A DNA stretch of 64,000 nt, from positions 109,122,001-109,186,000 of the forward strand of contig CM052817.1 of the NCBI GenBank assembly GCA_028534125.1, in the 5' to 3' direction. The notes under the pieces are model-generated. The model made no database searches. It saw only the letters and a program-made list of their open reading frames with translations, and had not been told where the DNA came from. Position numbers and translations under genes: made by a program. This document shows positions 52,052-64,000 of the stretch, piece by piece. Within the stretch, counting starts at the first letter, position 1; each line of letters starts with the position of its first letter. This DNA comes from Lama glama (Eukaryota).

Positions 52052-53719
52052 AAAACACACTCACTGGATCATTGGTGGTGTTAAGTCTAATTTTTTGCTT
52101 CTCATGTCTAGACAAGTCTTCCAGAATTAATGTTTTTATAAGTATAAGGATGCTCAAAGCTTTTGGTTAACACTGAGAGCGCCACAAAAAAGATCACTGA
52201 CAATCTGGTGACATAATTGGGCAATTTAACGATTTTGCCACCAGTGAAATGTACCTGCTTGAAGGGAAAAACACGAATATTAGGGTCGGGGTTAGGACCG
52301 CAGGCTAACTCACATATAAATAGTAGACACCTCCACAATGAACCGCGTGAAAAACAATGGTCTCACTCCACCAAGACTTCTTAAAGGTTTTGTTTTCCTT
52401 AAGTTTCTATTTAAAAGGAGCTGACCCTTATCTAACAGATGGTGTTCAAAGGAAGAATGAGTCATGTCAAAAAATGTTGTCGATTTTGCTTTTATGAGAT
52501 TTGGCAGAGGCCTTTCTCTTTTCCTTATATTTTATGAGACCTCAAAATAGATTTTGGAATCCCCCTCCCAGACTGAAGGCTACACTACCAGCTTGCGCTG
52601 GAAAGACACTTGCAGGCCTCAGAGGGCCCCTGCCTCCGCATGCAGGCCTGCAGCCCTTCCAGGCTCACTGGGGATGCAGCCGCGGTGTCAGCCCTGCCCT
52701 GTTTCACAACAAGAAAGTTAAGACGTGGCTGATTGACAGCTTTGCCACGGACGCAGGGCTGCTCTGAGCCAAGCTGGCAACTGAAACCCAAACTTGCCTG
52801 ATTTGTGGGTTTAATGTTCTGACCTTGTTAGGTTGAGGGCTGTGGGCCATCCGAGGAGGGCCAGGAGTGACTTCTCCTGGGACAGAAGCCCTTCCTCCAC
52901 CGCAGAGTAACACACATGTGAGGGGATGTGCTCCAGGGACAGCGGGGATGGCCCTCAGGAAGGACGGCCGGGTGATGCTGCCGTGTCTTCTGAGCCGTCC
53001 CCTCGGCCCCTCTGGTCCTTTCCCTCCATCACCCGAAGGCCTCCATCACTAGGCCTTTCAGCTTAGTTTCCACCTTAGCCCTGAGGACCCCATGCATCTC
53101 TCTCCAGCTCACATTCCCCTGTTCCGTAAATTTAGACCTAAACGTACACTTACTGAATGGAAGCCTTGGCTGGAACGCCCCCGCTGAGAGCCAGACTCCG
53201 AATCTCCAAATGGAACTTACTGCCTTGTTCCTGAGCCTGATGCTGTCGGCATTTCCGTGCTGGGGCTGATGCAGTACCTCCTCACTCCTTCCCCTGTCAG
53301 CCCTCCTCTGCAGGACTCCTCCCCCCACCACTGACTGGATTTTCCAAACACCCCTTACACCCTACTGTCCTTTCCAGTCCTACTGTCCTTATTTGGGTCT
53401 CAGAAATTGTCACCTGCATTCAGGTTGGCACTTTCCTATCACTCCCCTTTCAATCTGGCTTCTCTCCAATCCAGTTTCCACACTGCATTTGGCCTTCAAG
53501 GCTTCCCAAAACATTTATGATAAAATCTCAGTCCTTAACGGGGCCTGGAGAGCCTGCCTGGTCTGGCTGGTGCTCACTGACACAGCTTCAGGCCTTATCA
53601 CCTTCCATTTCTTCATCTAAGGTCCTTCAACATTGACTGGTGTAAGTCTGATTTCACCAACCTACACCACCACCACCCCAAGTCTACACCAGCTTCTATG
53701 ATAGCTCCATCTTCTTGTT

Positions 53720-54200
53720 CACAACATCAGCAGATCATTGATGGATGGGTGCTTTCTTCTGCCATCCGGTGCAGTTCACAACCTGAAGCCCCTCCTGCCC
53801 ACTGGGAGGTTATACACCCTTGCCCTGTGGACTTGGCCATGTGATTTGCTTTGCCCAGTGACATGTGAACAGAAGTGGCATGTGTCACTCTTGGGCAATA
53901 GCTCTGAGAGCCAGGATGTGCTCGCACATGACATCTGCCTTCTGCCGCAAGACCAGCAACGTCCCCGGTGAAGAGTGAGGATCACCTCGTGTCCTGGAGA
54001 AAAGAAAAGAAAAAAAGACACGGGGCACAGCAGAGCTGTAGCCATGATGGACACACAGGTGCAAGGGAAGGGGGACTTTGTTGTTACACTCCCGCTGAGA
54101 CCGGAGGACCTTTCTTATGATCCTGGCGTGACTTGGCTCCAGAAGACTCTTGGAAGATCTTGCTCTTGGCTCAGTTAACCCCTATTCATTGTCTCATCTG
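53720..54200. mobile_element. MaLR (MLT1-like) LTR remnant
   Basis: GGCCATGTGATTTGCTTTGCCCAGTG...CAGAAGTGGCATGTGTCAC motif typical of MLT1H/I/J-like LTRs. Confidence 0.6.
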
Positions 54201-55002
54201 CAGTTTCATTCTCTCCATAATCTCCTTCCAGCTCCTTGGCTGGGTGCAGCTCCTGCCTTCCTGCATCACCCCGTGCTTCCCGTAACACTCCCCGCACTGC
54301 CCTGCAGTGACTGGCTGCTGTTTGTGCCCCACCAGATGGTCACCTCTGTGGGCACCACCTCCTTCCTTCCCTTCTCCTGTCACTTCTGTCTCTGAGGACC
54401 AAATGCACACGTGTTACACAACAGCTATGCCGTGTGAATGAATCACAAAGGCACAAATGAAGAAAAGTAGTAGAGAGTACACCCGGTCTCACATCCAAAT
54501 ATTGTGGGAGGTTTTCAGCTTCAGGGCTTCCCAAGTGACAGTGACACTTGGGAGGTTTCTTGTGGTGGCGACAGATGGAACTCTAAATGGAAAGTGGGTC
54601 ATAGTTGACCTCTGCCATGTACTGGTCTCACTTTCTGTTCTCACTCATGTGCAAACTACAACCTCCGAGAAAAGTCAGTCATAAATTACAGGCTCGAATC
54701 CACTCTCGTCCTATGAGTCCCTTGAATGTATCCAGTGTCCTCAGTGCAGTCATGACTGCTCACAGCACAGCAGCCCTGACGGGCAGCTTACCCTCCCATC
54801 ACAAGTGAGGGGGTCATCCAACCCCAGGCCGGCGACTCGCACAAGTTTCACCAGGGGGCTTGGCAAATCCGTCTTCCTTAATTTGGGCGATGTACACACT
54901 TCCCTCTTTATCACATGTGTTTCATCAAAGATGTGAGGCAGTGTAATTTTAATCTAGAAATGTGCTATTTTAGTTTTACATTAAAATCACTGCATGGTTT
55001 TA

Positions 55003-55229
55003 TTTTTTAAATCTTTTTTAATTGAGTTATAGTCAGTTTACAATGTTGTGTCAAATTCCAGTGTAAAGCACAATTTTTCAGTTATGCATGAACATACATA
55101 TATTCATTGTCACATTTTTTTTAGACTGGGAGTTCAAAATTTGTAGATACTGACAGGCTTATGCAGAATAGATAAACAAGATTATACTGTATAGCACAGG
55201 GAAATGTATACAAGATCTTGTGGTATAGC
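55003..55229. mobile_element. 5'-inverted L1 insertion
   Basis: Minus-strand 3' end (55003 to about 55122) abuts a plus-oriented upstream piece (about 55123-55229). Perfect 16-bp TSD TCACTGCATGGTTTTA (54987-55002, 55230-55245). Confidence 0.88.
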
Positions 55230-55489
55230 TCACTGCATGGTTTTAGGTCCAAGTTTGTATTCTATGTTGCTGAATAGGTTAGTGACATCCATGCAGTAGG
55301 TGCTCAATAAATATGAATTTCCAACCTATACCCTCTTCATCCTGTTACTTACATTTCTCCTTCTCTAACAAAGAATAATTTATATATGTTCACATTCATT
55401 TTCTAACATCTCACTCACATTTTAGCCCATTACTCTTTTTCTTTACCTTCAACCCTCCCTTCAAAGTGACATACCCACCCAGACACGCT

Positions 55490-55537
55490 GAGACAGACAG
55501 ACAGACACACACACACACACACAGACACACACACACA
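55490..55537. repeat. Compound (GACA)n(CA)n microsatellite
   Basis: Read directly. Confidence 0.85.
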
Positions 55538-57721
55538 AGGAGCCAGGTCAAAAATGTTAGCCTGAGGCTATGATGATCCTACGACAAATTTCTACTAAGA
55601 TGAATTTTCTAGAATCTCTCTGCTGAAGCCCTTCAGTTGGTCAATTTGCTTGATTTGATTCAGATTCTTGCAAATGATGTCTCGGGCTACCTCTCTGTCC
55701 CACCCCCTGTGGCCATGGGCGAGAGGTACCCTAGCCTGTGACTGACCCCGGCTCCCGGATAATGCACCCTACCCTGGCCCAGCACTTCAGACCCCGATTT
55801 CTTAGTTAGGAAGGGACATCGGAGAATCGTGCTCTGTGGTGCTCCTCCAGCAAACTTGAGGGAACTCTCCTTGACTCTGGGGAGTCTCTGACAACATAGC
55901 TTGAATGTTACAATCTGGAAAACAGGGATTTCTGAAGAAAAGTCTTAAAGTCTTAGAACTAGAGCAGATCTCATGCCACACAGACTAATACCTCACTTTA
56001 CAGATGAAGACACTGGAAGCCAAGGCATGTTGAAGGGTTTAATAGCGCTAATTAGTGAAAAGGATAGACGTAGAACCGAGGTCTCCCAGATTTTTTATTG
56101 CATTCTCTCTTATTCACACCATCTCATCTTTCCTTCCCTCCCTCCCTCCCTTCCATGTTTCCTTCCCTCCTCCTTTCTTTTCTATTAACAGTGACTATTT
56201 CTCAAATAGTTTCTGGACCTCACTGGACTGACTCACTGTTGTTGACATTTTAAGTGAAGCCTGGCAGTGGACCTGTCGCAAGGCCCAGCATTCTGCACAC
56301 GGGGTCACTAATGGACAGTAAATTAAATAAACTGATATCTCGGATGGACAAGTTGGAAGGTTACATAGGGACCAGAGCAGCAGTTAAAAATAACTCAAGG
56401 TTTTCAGCCTGCTAAAAGGCTGCCAGTATGTGTGTGGCTGGGATAATGCAGCAAGAAGGTTTTTTTAGGAAAGAGGAGAGCGAAGAGGGTACACTGGGGT
56501 TGAAACTTTGAATTTGGGAAGGCAGTAATTCATCCAAGTGGAAATATGCAGCAGGCCGTGGAAAGGAAAAAAAAAAAAGATGAAGAAGGGGAAGATATGT
56601 CAAGGTCAGTAAAAGATGTGGAGTGGGAGAGGGTCACTCTTATTTGAAGAAGTCAGACTTTGACCTTCTCAGGAAGATGCTCAGAGTCTGAACTGGGCAA
56701 AGTGCCCTGAGCGTGAGGACACCCACTGCTCCAGCCGTGAGAATGCGCAGCGTGGGGACCCTTTGTCCCCATCAGCTTCCTGGCCAGTCCTCAGATTCTC
56801 ATTGCCCCTGAGACCCCCCCACCCATCTCATCAGCTAAAAGTTCTCTTTATTTTTGTTTTTGGAGTAAACTTTTTTTCCTTAGGGTAAGACTAATAATAA
56901 TCTGAGTTTTGTATTAACTAGTTCTCTATATCCTTCAGTGCTACTTAATATTCTGGTTTTTCTCTGTAAGTTCTGAGGTGGATTACAAATAGTGAATATG
57001 AATGATTTATCTGTTCAACTCATTATTATTTCAATAATATGAGTTTTGACCCCCTTCACCTCTTTCTCCCACCCCCAACTAGGTGTGCCCATCTAATATA
57101 TGAAAATTATTACTTCATGTACTCATTAGATTTCTTGACATATTTTAGCTGACCTCATTCATTTGTCCATCAGAAACCATATTTTAGTCACATACAGTGT
57201 TAGAGGTAATATGATTAAATCTAGAACAGCTTTATTTTTCTCCCTTTGCCATGACGGCAGAGAAACCAGCCATATTGTGTGGGGGATGGTGGGCAAACTT
57301 CACGGTTGTCAACAAATTTATAAACCGTTGCCTTTAGCAATTCCATAAAAAGGCTGGTTGATTGCTTTTATGTTTCAAATGTATTTTGATTTAATTTGAA
57401 GTAAGGAAGTGCTAAAGTCCAAAGAATATAAAGATGAAAGTCATCAAATTGTAGAATCGAAAATAAAGCAAACAGTAAAAGGGAGCATTAATTCTTTTAG
57501 TTAGTTTCTTGATGGGAATGGTCAACCTATGTGGACATATACACAGAGTAGATTTCATGGCTTCATGGCACCCCCAGTCTGTCTGATGGTTTCACTGTTC
57601 CATCCTCAGCACATGTCAAGTACTCAGTAAGTACTGGGGAGTAAGCCAATAAATGAAGGGATGGATGGTAGCTTTAGAAAGTATCTTGATTATATGACTT
57701 GTATGTATGTAAATAGTTTCT

Positions 57722-57924
57722 TTTAAAAATTTCTTTAATTTATTTTTTATTGAGGTATAGTCAGTTTACCATGTTGTGTCAGTTTCTGATGTACAGCATC
57801 ATGTTTGAGTCATCCATATACATACATAGATTCATTTTCATATTTTTGTTCATTATAGGTTGCCACGAGGTATTGAATATAGTTCCTGAGCTTTACAGTA
57901 TAAACTTATTTTTTATCTATCTTA
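57722..57924 (-). mobile_element. 5'-truncated L1 3' end
   Basis: TTTTTATTGAGGTATAGTCAGTTTACCATGTTGTGTC...GAATATAGTTCC...TTTATCTAT. Confidence 0.82.
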
Positions 57925-59743
57925 TTAGTTTCTGTAATTTCAACTCAACTACACAAAAATTCCAGGGTTGGAGTAAGTAGTCATCTTTTTATCTCTACAA
58001 AATTATGAAATTTGTTTACCAAACAGACTAACATTAAGAATCTCTGCATCTAGCGTGGAATGCTAACCTTTTAGCTGGACACTTTTTGGCAGTAGATTAC
58101 TGTGTGTGTGAGAGATATACATACACATACATATTAATTAGTTAATTACTAATCTATTATATATATTATGTGTATATATTTGTATATACACACACCAATT
58201 ATAAATATATTTGCAGCCAAAGAAACTTGCTTAAGAATCTTGTAAGCTCATACTAAGACTAGCCATGCTTTTTTTTTCTGATAGTCTAGAATAAGTCTAA
58301 TTTTTATAATAGCAAATTATTTTTGTACATGACAATTACCATCTAATGACTCAGGACACTATATGTATAGGAACATGTGACTTTGAAGACTTTTGCGACT
58401 GAGCACATTTCTTTACCTCCTTTAAAAGGGTTTTTTTCCCCCTGAGAACTGAATATTTTTAAAATTGTGCTATTATTTGACCAAACTAAGTCAAGTGGAT
58501 ACAATGAGGGGAAAAAGGAAAAGGTGCCATTTCATGTGGTTGTAAACTGGTGAATGAGCTATGGTTTTACACTATCTTAAGAAATGCAGAAACTTGCATT
58601 TTTCAAGGTATGTTCCATCATGATAAAATTTCCACAACACCACATGTCATAAGAGGGGAAGGGTTCTCTCTAGCCTCCAAAGGAAGCATCAGAATGTCAA
58701 AAGGATGAACGCCCTGACATTGCAGGTGCAGAGCTAATGAAACAACAGGGGCTAGTTCTCAGGGCTCCTCCGAAGAGAATGCCTATTATATGCACCTTAT
58801 GTTCTTCTTTTATACTGTGTGGGCTCTTAGCATCTTCCAGCCATGCGGGTGAGGATTCTCCTGTTTGACGTGAATGTAATTTTAACAGCATCGTTAAATG
58901 CTTCATTCAGGTCAGGATGTTAAGTGTAGAAAGGTTTTATTTAAATATGTTTCTCCTGGTTTCCCCAACAGCAACAGAAAGTGGGTATTTTTGTTACTAA
59001 CAGGATTGTCTCTCTCCCAGACACACTGGGTCTTCAGAGTATAGGGATAACGTAAAAAATAAAATGACCCCAAAATAAAATAGCTTTGGAGAATGCTCTT
59101 TTATAACTGTTGGAAGTTACAGAATTGGGCAATAAAATACTTTAATTTCAAGTTCAGAGGAGTCTTTCAAAAGATTTTTGAGGGTTACACTTTCCCTACG
59201 TGTTGCCTCCAATACCCTTCCAAGTCTTCCCCCTTCGGACATTTATTCTATCGTACAGTGCACTGGGAGAGGCAAGGCTGACCAAATAACCTTTCTAGGG
59301 TCTGGTTTTCATTTTTATGTGCTATATTAAACAAAAATGCCACTTACATCAGTTGCATTCAAGAATATTCATGACTGAAATAAAGGTCATGTATTTTGCT
59401 CTATGATCCTATCTGAATTGAAAAAAATAATTTTCTATGGGAAAGAAGGGGAAACTACAGTTTTAGAAAAATACCTAATACCCTGGAGGATCTCTTAAAG
59501 TCAATTAACTATAAAAACAAAGAAAGGAAGGAAAGCCTTTAAATACTGGTCCCTATGTCTACTCAACCTCGGGTAAGAATGTTAGGTCCCGCACGGGATG
59601 CACTGAACGGCGGAAAGGATTCCACTGTTCTGCCAGTCAGCACAGAGCACTCTAAATGGTTGGATGTTAATCCCTTACACAGTTCATTTTTAGGTCCTTT
59701 GAGCTTTCCTTAGCCTTCATCAATAGTGCTAGACCACTGAATA

Positions 59744-60055
59744 TAGTCATCCCTCGGTAAGCATGGGGGATTGATTCCAGGACCCCCTGAGTTACCAAAT
59801 CCTTGGATGCTCAAGTCCCTCATATGAAGTGATGTCATATCTGCATATAACCCACACACGCCCTCCTGTGCATTTCAACCATCTCTAGATCACCTATAAC
59901 ACCAAACACAATGCAAATGCTGTGTAAGTAGTTGCCGAGTGCAAGGTTATTCAAGTTTTGCTTGTTGGAACTTTCTGGAATTTGTTTTCAAATCTTTTCC
60001 ATCCACAGCTGGTTGGATCTGTGGATGAGGAACCTGTGGTCAGGAGGTCTGACTG
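59744..60055. mobile_element. MER2-like (TcMar-Tigger) non-autonomous DNA transposon
   Basis: (C/T)AGTCATCCCTCGGTA...GGTTGGATCTGTGGATGAGGAACC...GACTG termini, flanked by TA at 59742-59743 and 60056-60057. Confidence 0.82.
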
Positions 60056-63000
60056 TAGACCCTGGGAGTTCCAAAGTCCTGGGTGTTTTCCCCCTTCTTC
60101 ATCAATGCACCCAGTTCCTGGTCCAGACACCTGGCCAGCAGGGAGATCGTCATTTACCAAAATGCATTATTGTAGGACACCTCCGTCCTATAGGCTGTTA
60201 AAGATTTGATGGGTGTGTGCGTGTGTATATGTGGGGACGGGCAGAGAGGAAAGCTCCTTGTTGAAATAAACATGGGAAGCATTGGACTAAACAAAAGTTA
60301 AGGCACTGGTTTAACACTAGATTTTCGAACCACTGAAAAATTAATAGCATTTTGCAATCATATAGAATCACTACCAGTTACCCCGAACTCCCGCCCGCAT
60401 CACTATGGACATTGTGTAAATGCTTGTGGGAGTCGAGGGTTCTGCTGACCCCCCCACCTAGAAAATGCTGATGCAGAGAGCAGCCAGCTGCTTGCCCAGT
60501 GAGGGGTCCACAGCCCTGCAGCCCTGAGCCCCCTGCGCCTCGTGAAGGCAGACTTTTGACATATTTCCTGGTTTCTGCTATTCTGTCATATGAACTAAGC
60601 AAGCCCCGAACAAAGCTGAAATAGTCTCCTCCTGATCGTGTCACATCGTCACGTTCAGCCACTCACACAGGATTCAGCTGTCTTGTTCTTCAACCCCTAG
60701 TTACATAATTTCTGTCAAAAGCATCACAGACATGATTTTCACTGTGTTCTCTCCTGATTGAGGAAACTTAATTATTTCTCAAGTCCAGATACTTCTCTCT
60801 CAGGCCTACAAAAAAGCAACAAGACATTTGACCCTCTCAGATTTACCCTGGAAAAATGACAGTTTCAAAGCTTTGTCTGTGGCCCATTTTCTAGCATTCT
60901 GTTACTTACTTGTTACCCACGTAGGGAAAAGGTACTTTTTTCTAGATTATTTGATATTATCTCTCTCGTTTTTTGTTGTTTTTTGTTGTTGTTGTTGTTA
61001 AGATCTCTCCATGACTGGAAATTTTTGCTCAAGAGCACTGAAAGGGGGAAAAAAAAACATAAAAGGAAATTCACTAATAAGAATGCAAGTCAATCTTAGG
61101 TTGAAATTCCTAATTATTTTCTCACCTAAAAAGGAAACCATCTAATGTTGGCCTTTTATCAGGTTAACTGGCAAAATGACCGAATTAGCCACGGTGAGGG
61201 TATTGTTAGCATTACAATTTGCTTGGAATTAGGCTGTGGGAAAGAGGAGTTTCTACAGAAAGCGAAGCCAAGTTAAATAGAGAAGGGAAAAAAATACTGT
61301 TATTCCCTTTACTCCAAGTCTGGGTTAAAGGGTTGATTATGTGGGAAGATGCCAAAGGGTCAGATAGTCAAAACCCATGGAATCTGGCTTCTTGACAAAT
61401 CTCTAAATATAACTTATGGCTTCAAGTCTTTTTTTTTTCCATTTTGTTCCATTAATTTGGATATTCTGATATAGATTATTATCCAAACACAAAGAAGTGG
61501 TCTCTTCCATCTTACAAATGGTTTAGATACTTAGAGAGTAAATAAAAAGTTAATATTATAGTATATTTTCACCTACATTTGTATGGTTTCATAGACATAA
61601 TATTTTTCAGGTGAAATATAATATGCAAATAGCCCCTAATGCATTTTTACACACACACAGTATCAGGGTTCCACTGACTCTTTAGAGAAGATTCTTAGCG
61701 AAGTACACCGTATAAAAGATGTGGTGTGTTCTTCAGCTGAAATGTAAAATTACATTGATTTGATACTCTTGTGTATTAGGAAATTGACTTAAAATGGAAT
61801 CACTTAATCATGTAAATTACTGAAACCAAACTGTGGGAATGATTGCTCCATCTTAAATCGAGTGTCAGTCTGATGGCACGAGTGTACGCTGTCATTAATG
61901 GAAGCTTATGCTGTAAAATAGCCCCTCTGTGGCCAACCACGTGCTGTGCTGCCTTGTTTTAGCACAACTCTGGTCCCGCAGATACTATATTGCAACATCA
62001 ATATAAATATTATAGGATTGCTGGTATAGTAGATGTCTCAGATGTACTGACTGTTTTATTGAAAAAAGTCTTGATTCTTTTCCAAGAATCATATTATTTT
62101 TGGTTAAGCTTTAAGTTCTTTGGGTTATGATTTTTAGACTTGAAAGTAATCTCCTAAACTCTCTTGAAACACAAAACGTTTTTTTTTTCTTTTCCTTCTC
62201 CTCTTTTCAACCCAGCGCCTTATGTCTGCCTGGATTTAAATCTGCTTTGAATTAATTTTTCCTTTGACCGAGAGCAAATAATTTTCCCCACGGCCCACTC
62301 ACCCTGTTTGAGGAAGTTCAGGATGTTTCTGGAAAGGGCTGGACATGTTTTCTTTCCTTGCTTAGAAGGGACTGATGTTTGTCCTCTAACAGTGAGTGAA
62401 CAGAAATGCCAGTGGATGTGGAGTTAAAATCAGACCCCCAAGTCAACAGTTTCACGAGAATGAACAGGCCATACACATTTTATTACTGAAAAATCATCCT
62501 CTAATGTATTTTATTTTGGCTTCACATGTCCCTTCTCTGGACAAGGTGCAGAAGGCTGTGGTCTTTACAATATGCATTAGCCTCATTGAAACCATGCAAT
62601 TTCAGGTTTGACTCATTGACTCTGGTATAAAGATGGTTTTTAGACAAAATTAATGACCTCAGTTAAGAGAAATGGAAGAAACAAAATTTCTGTTAGGTGG
62701 AGAGAAGAAAATTAATCAGTGATGGATCCTATAGTTAACTGTCTAGAATCAGCTTTTCTCTCATGAAATAAAAAACTGGGTAAGTTGGGACAGTTTTCGT
62801 TCTAAAAGCAGGCGGCTGGGCATCCAGCAGGTATGAAGTGCACAGGAGAGTCTGATGGGCAATTCTCTTCTTGTGTTGAATTTATACAATTCACTTCTGT
62901 ACACTTCATATATAGGGCTTAAAAGATAATGGACTTCTAATTTTGTCAATTTGAAAAGATAGAAAACAGTAATAATCTTCAGTCAGTGTAGAAATTCAAG

Positions 63001-63138
63001 CCTCAGAAGACAAAGTGTGCTTTGAATCACAGTAAAAGAAAATCAAGTGAGTTTATATGGCTTGCATTCTTACTTCCTTCTGGTGAAGATAGAGTTTCTC
63101 TAGAAGGAGGTGTCAGCTACTCTTGTCACCTGAGTAAC

Positions 63139-63564
63139 TGTTACTGAGTCCAAGCTCGTACTGCTTGCCACACGACAGGCCAATGAATCAAGACACGAGG
63201 TGTTGGGACAAGGAATAGCAATGTTGTCTGGAAAGCCAGCAGACTGAGAAGGTGGGGGCTAGTGTCTGAAAGAACCATCCTCCCTGAGTTTGAATTCGGG
63301 CTTCTTTTATACTAAAAGGGGAGGGGTGAAGTCCTGGTTCGAGTCTGACTCTGGAAGGGAGGTGCTAACTTCTTCCTTCCTGCAGCCATTCCCAGGTGGG
63401 CCTGGGCAGGGTGTTTCCTGTGAGCTCAACAAAGGTATTTTCACGCTCATGATCTGGGAGGCAGGGTTTCCAGAGACGGGCCACTGTGTACCATTTAAGC
63501 TTGTAAGAAACAGCCCTTCAGTGATTAGTCTATAGACAGAATAGAAAGTTTCTTCCCTATTACA
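63139..63564 (-). mobile_element. ERV1-type solo LTR related to the 25659/37370 family
   Basis: 63139 to about 63270 is the reverse complement of the R/U5 end of those LTRs; ends TGTTAC...ATTACA. No matching TSD seen. Confidence 0.78.
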
Positions 63565-64000
63565 CAGTGTCTGTTCCTCATTAAAATCCTTGCCATGAAA
63601 ACAGAGTTAGTAAACATTAACTTTAATCAAAAAACGTTGTAACAGCACAAAGTGAGTGCTTATATAGAGGCAGGTAATGATACTAAAATGGAATATTCCT
63701 TAAATGGAAAATTTTAGGCTAGCATGAAGCTGTTATCTTGCCCTTCTTAAATACACAGAAGCAGATAAAGAAACTATTTAACTAGTAGCTTTGAACTGGC
63801 AGGCTCCGAGTCTCATTTCTGACAGACACACACATCCTCTTCCCAATGTCAGTGCAAGATAGAATTAACCTACAGCGGGTCCTTGATCAAAACGGGGACT
63901 GGGGGCTCTGACTCCCTCACAGGGGAAAGTGTGCATATTGATGCCTGTGCCTCAAAAACCAAAAAGCTAATAAATGATTCACCCCAGGGCAGGAAGCTGA

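Noticed and set aside
54848..54861. CTCF-like TCACCAGGGGGCTT
   Set aside because: Several mismatches to the core consensus; not supportable without ChIP data or conservation.
1..64000. Prokaryote-type novel system (CRISPR array, operon, defence island) or inserted foreign DNA
   Set aside because: No regularly spaced repeat-spacer array, no dense ORF cluster and no foreign-looking block was seen. The window reads as ordinary mammalian intronic and intergenic DNA.

Overview
Mammalian genomic DNA, very likely a camelid: it carries Vic-1-type tRNA-Ala SINEs and camelid-style L1 3' ends. Left of a 500-N assembly gap (42604-43103) is the tandem soluble guanylyl cyclase (NO receptor) locus on the minus strand. 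It contains the last two coding exons and 3' UTR of GUCY1A1 (40058-40212 and 34234-34435), about 21.8 kb between the GUCY1A1 stop and the GUCY1B1 ATG, and the CpG-island promoter with the first two coding exons of GUCY1B1 (ATG-only exon 12471-12473, exon 11928-12001). GUCY1B1 intron 2 runs off the left edge. Right of the gap I recognise no coding exon, although the upstream GUCY1A1 exons would be expected there, so the gap probably hides a large missing segment or is a scaffold misjoin. The rest is interspersed repeats: 5 Vic-1-like SINEs, many 5'-truncated L1 ends with target-site duplications (three 5'-inverted), 4 ERV1-type solo LTRs, MaLR LTRs, a MER2-like element and an old L1 body. I found no evidence of a new biological system; the notable points are assembly, regulatory and retrotransposition features.
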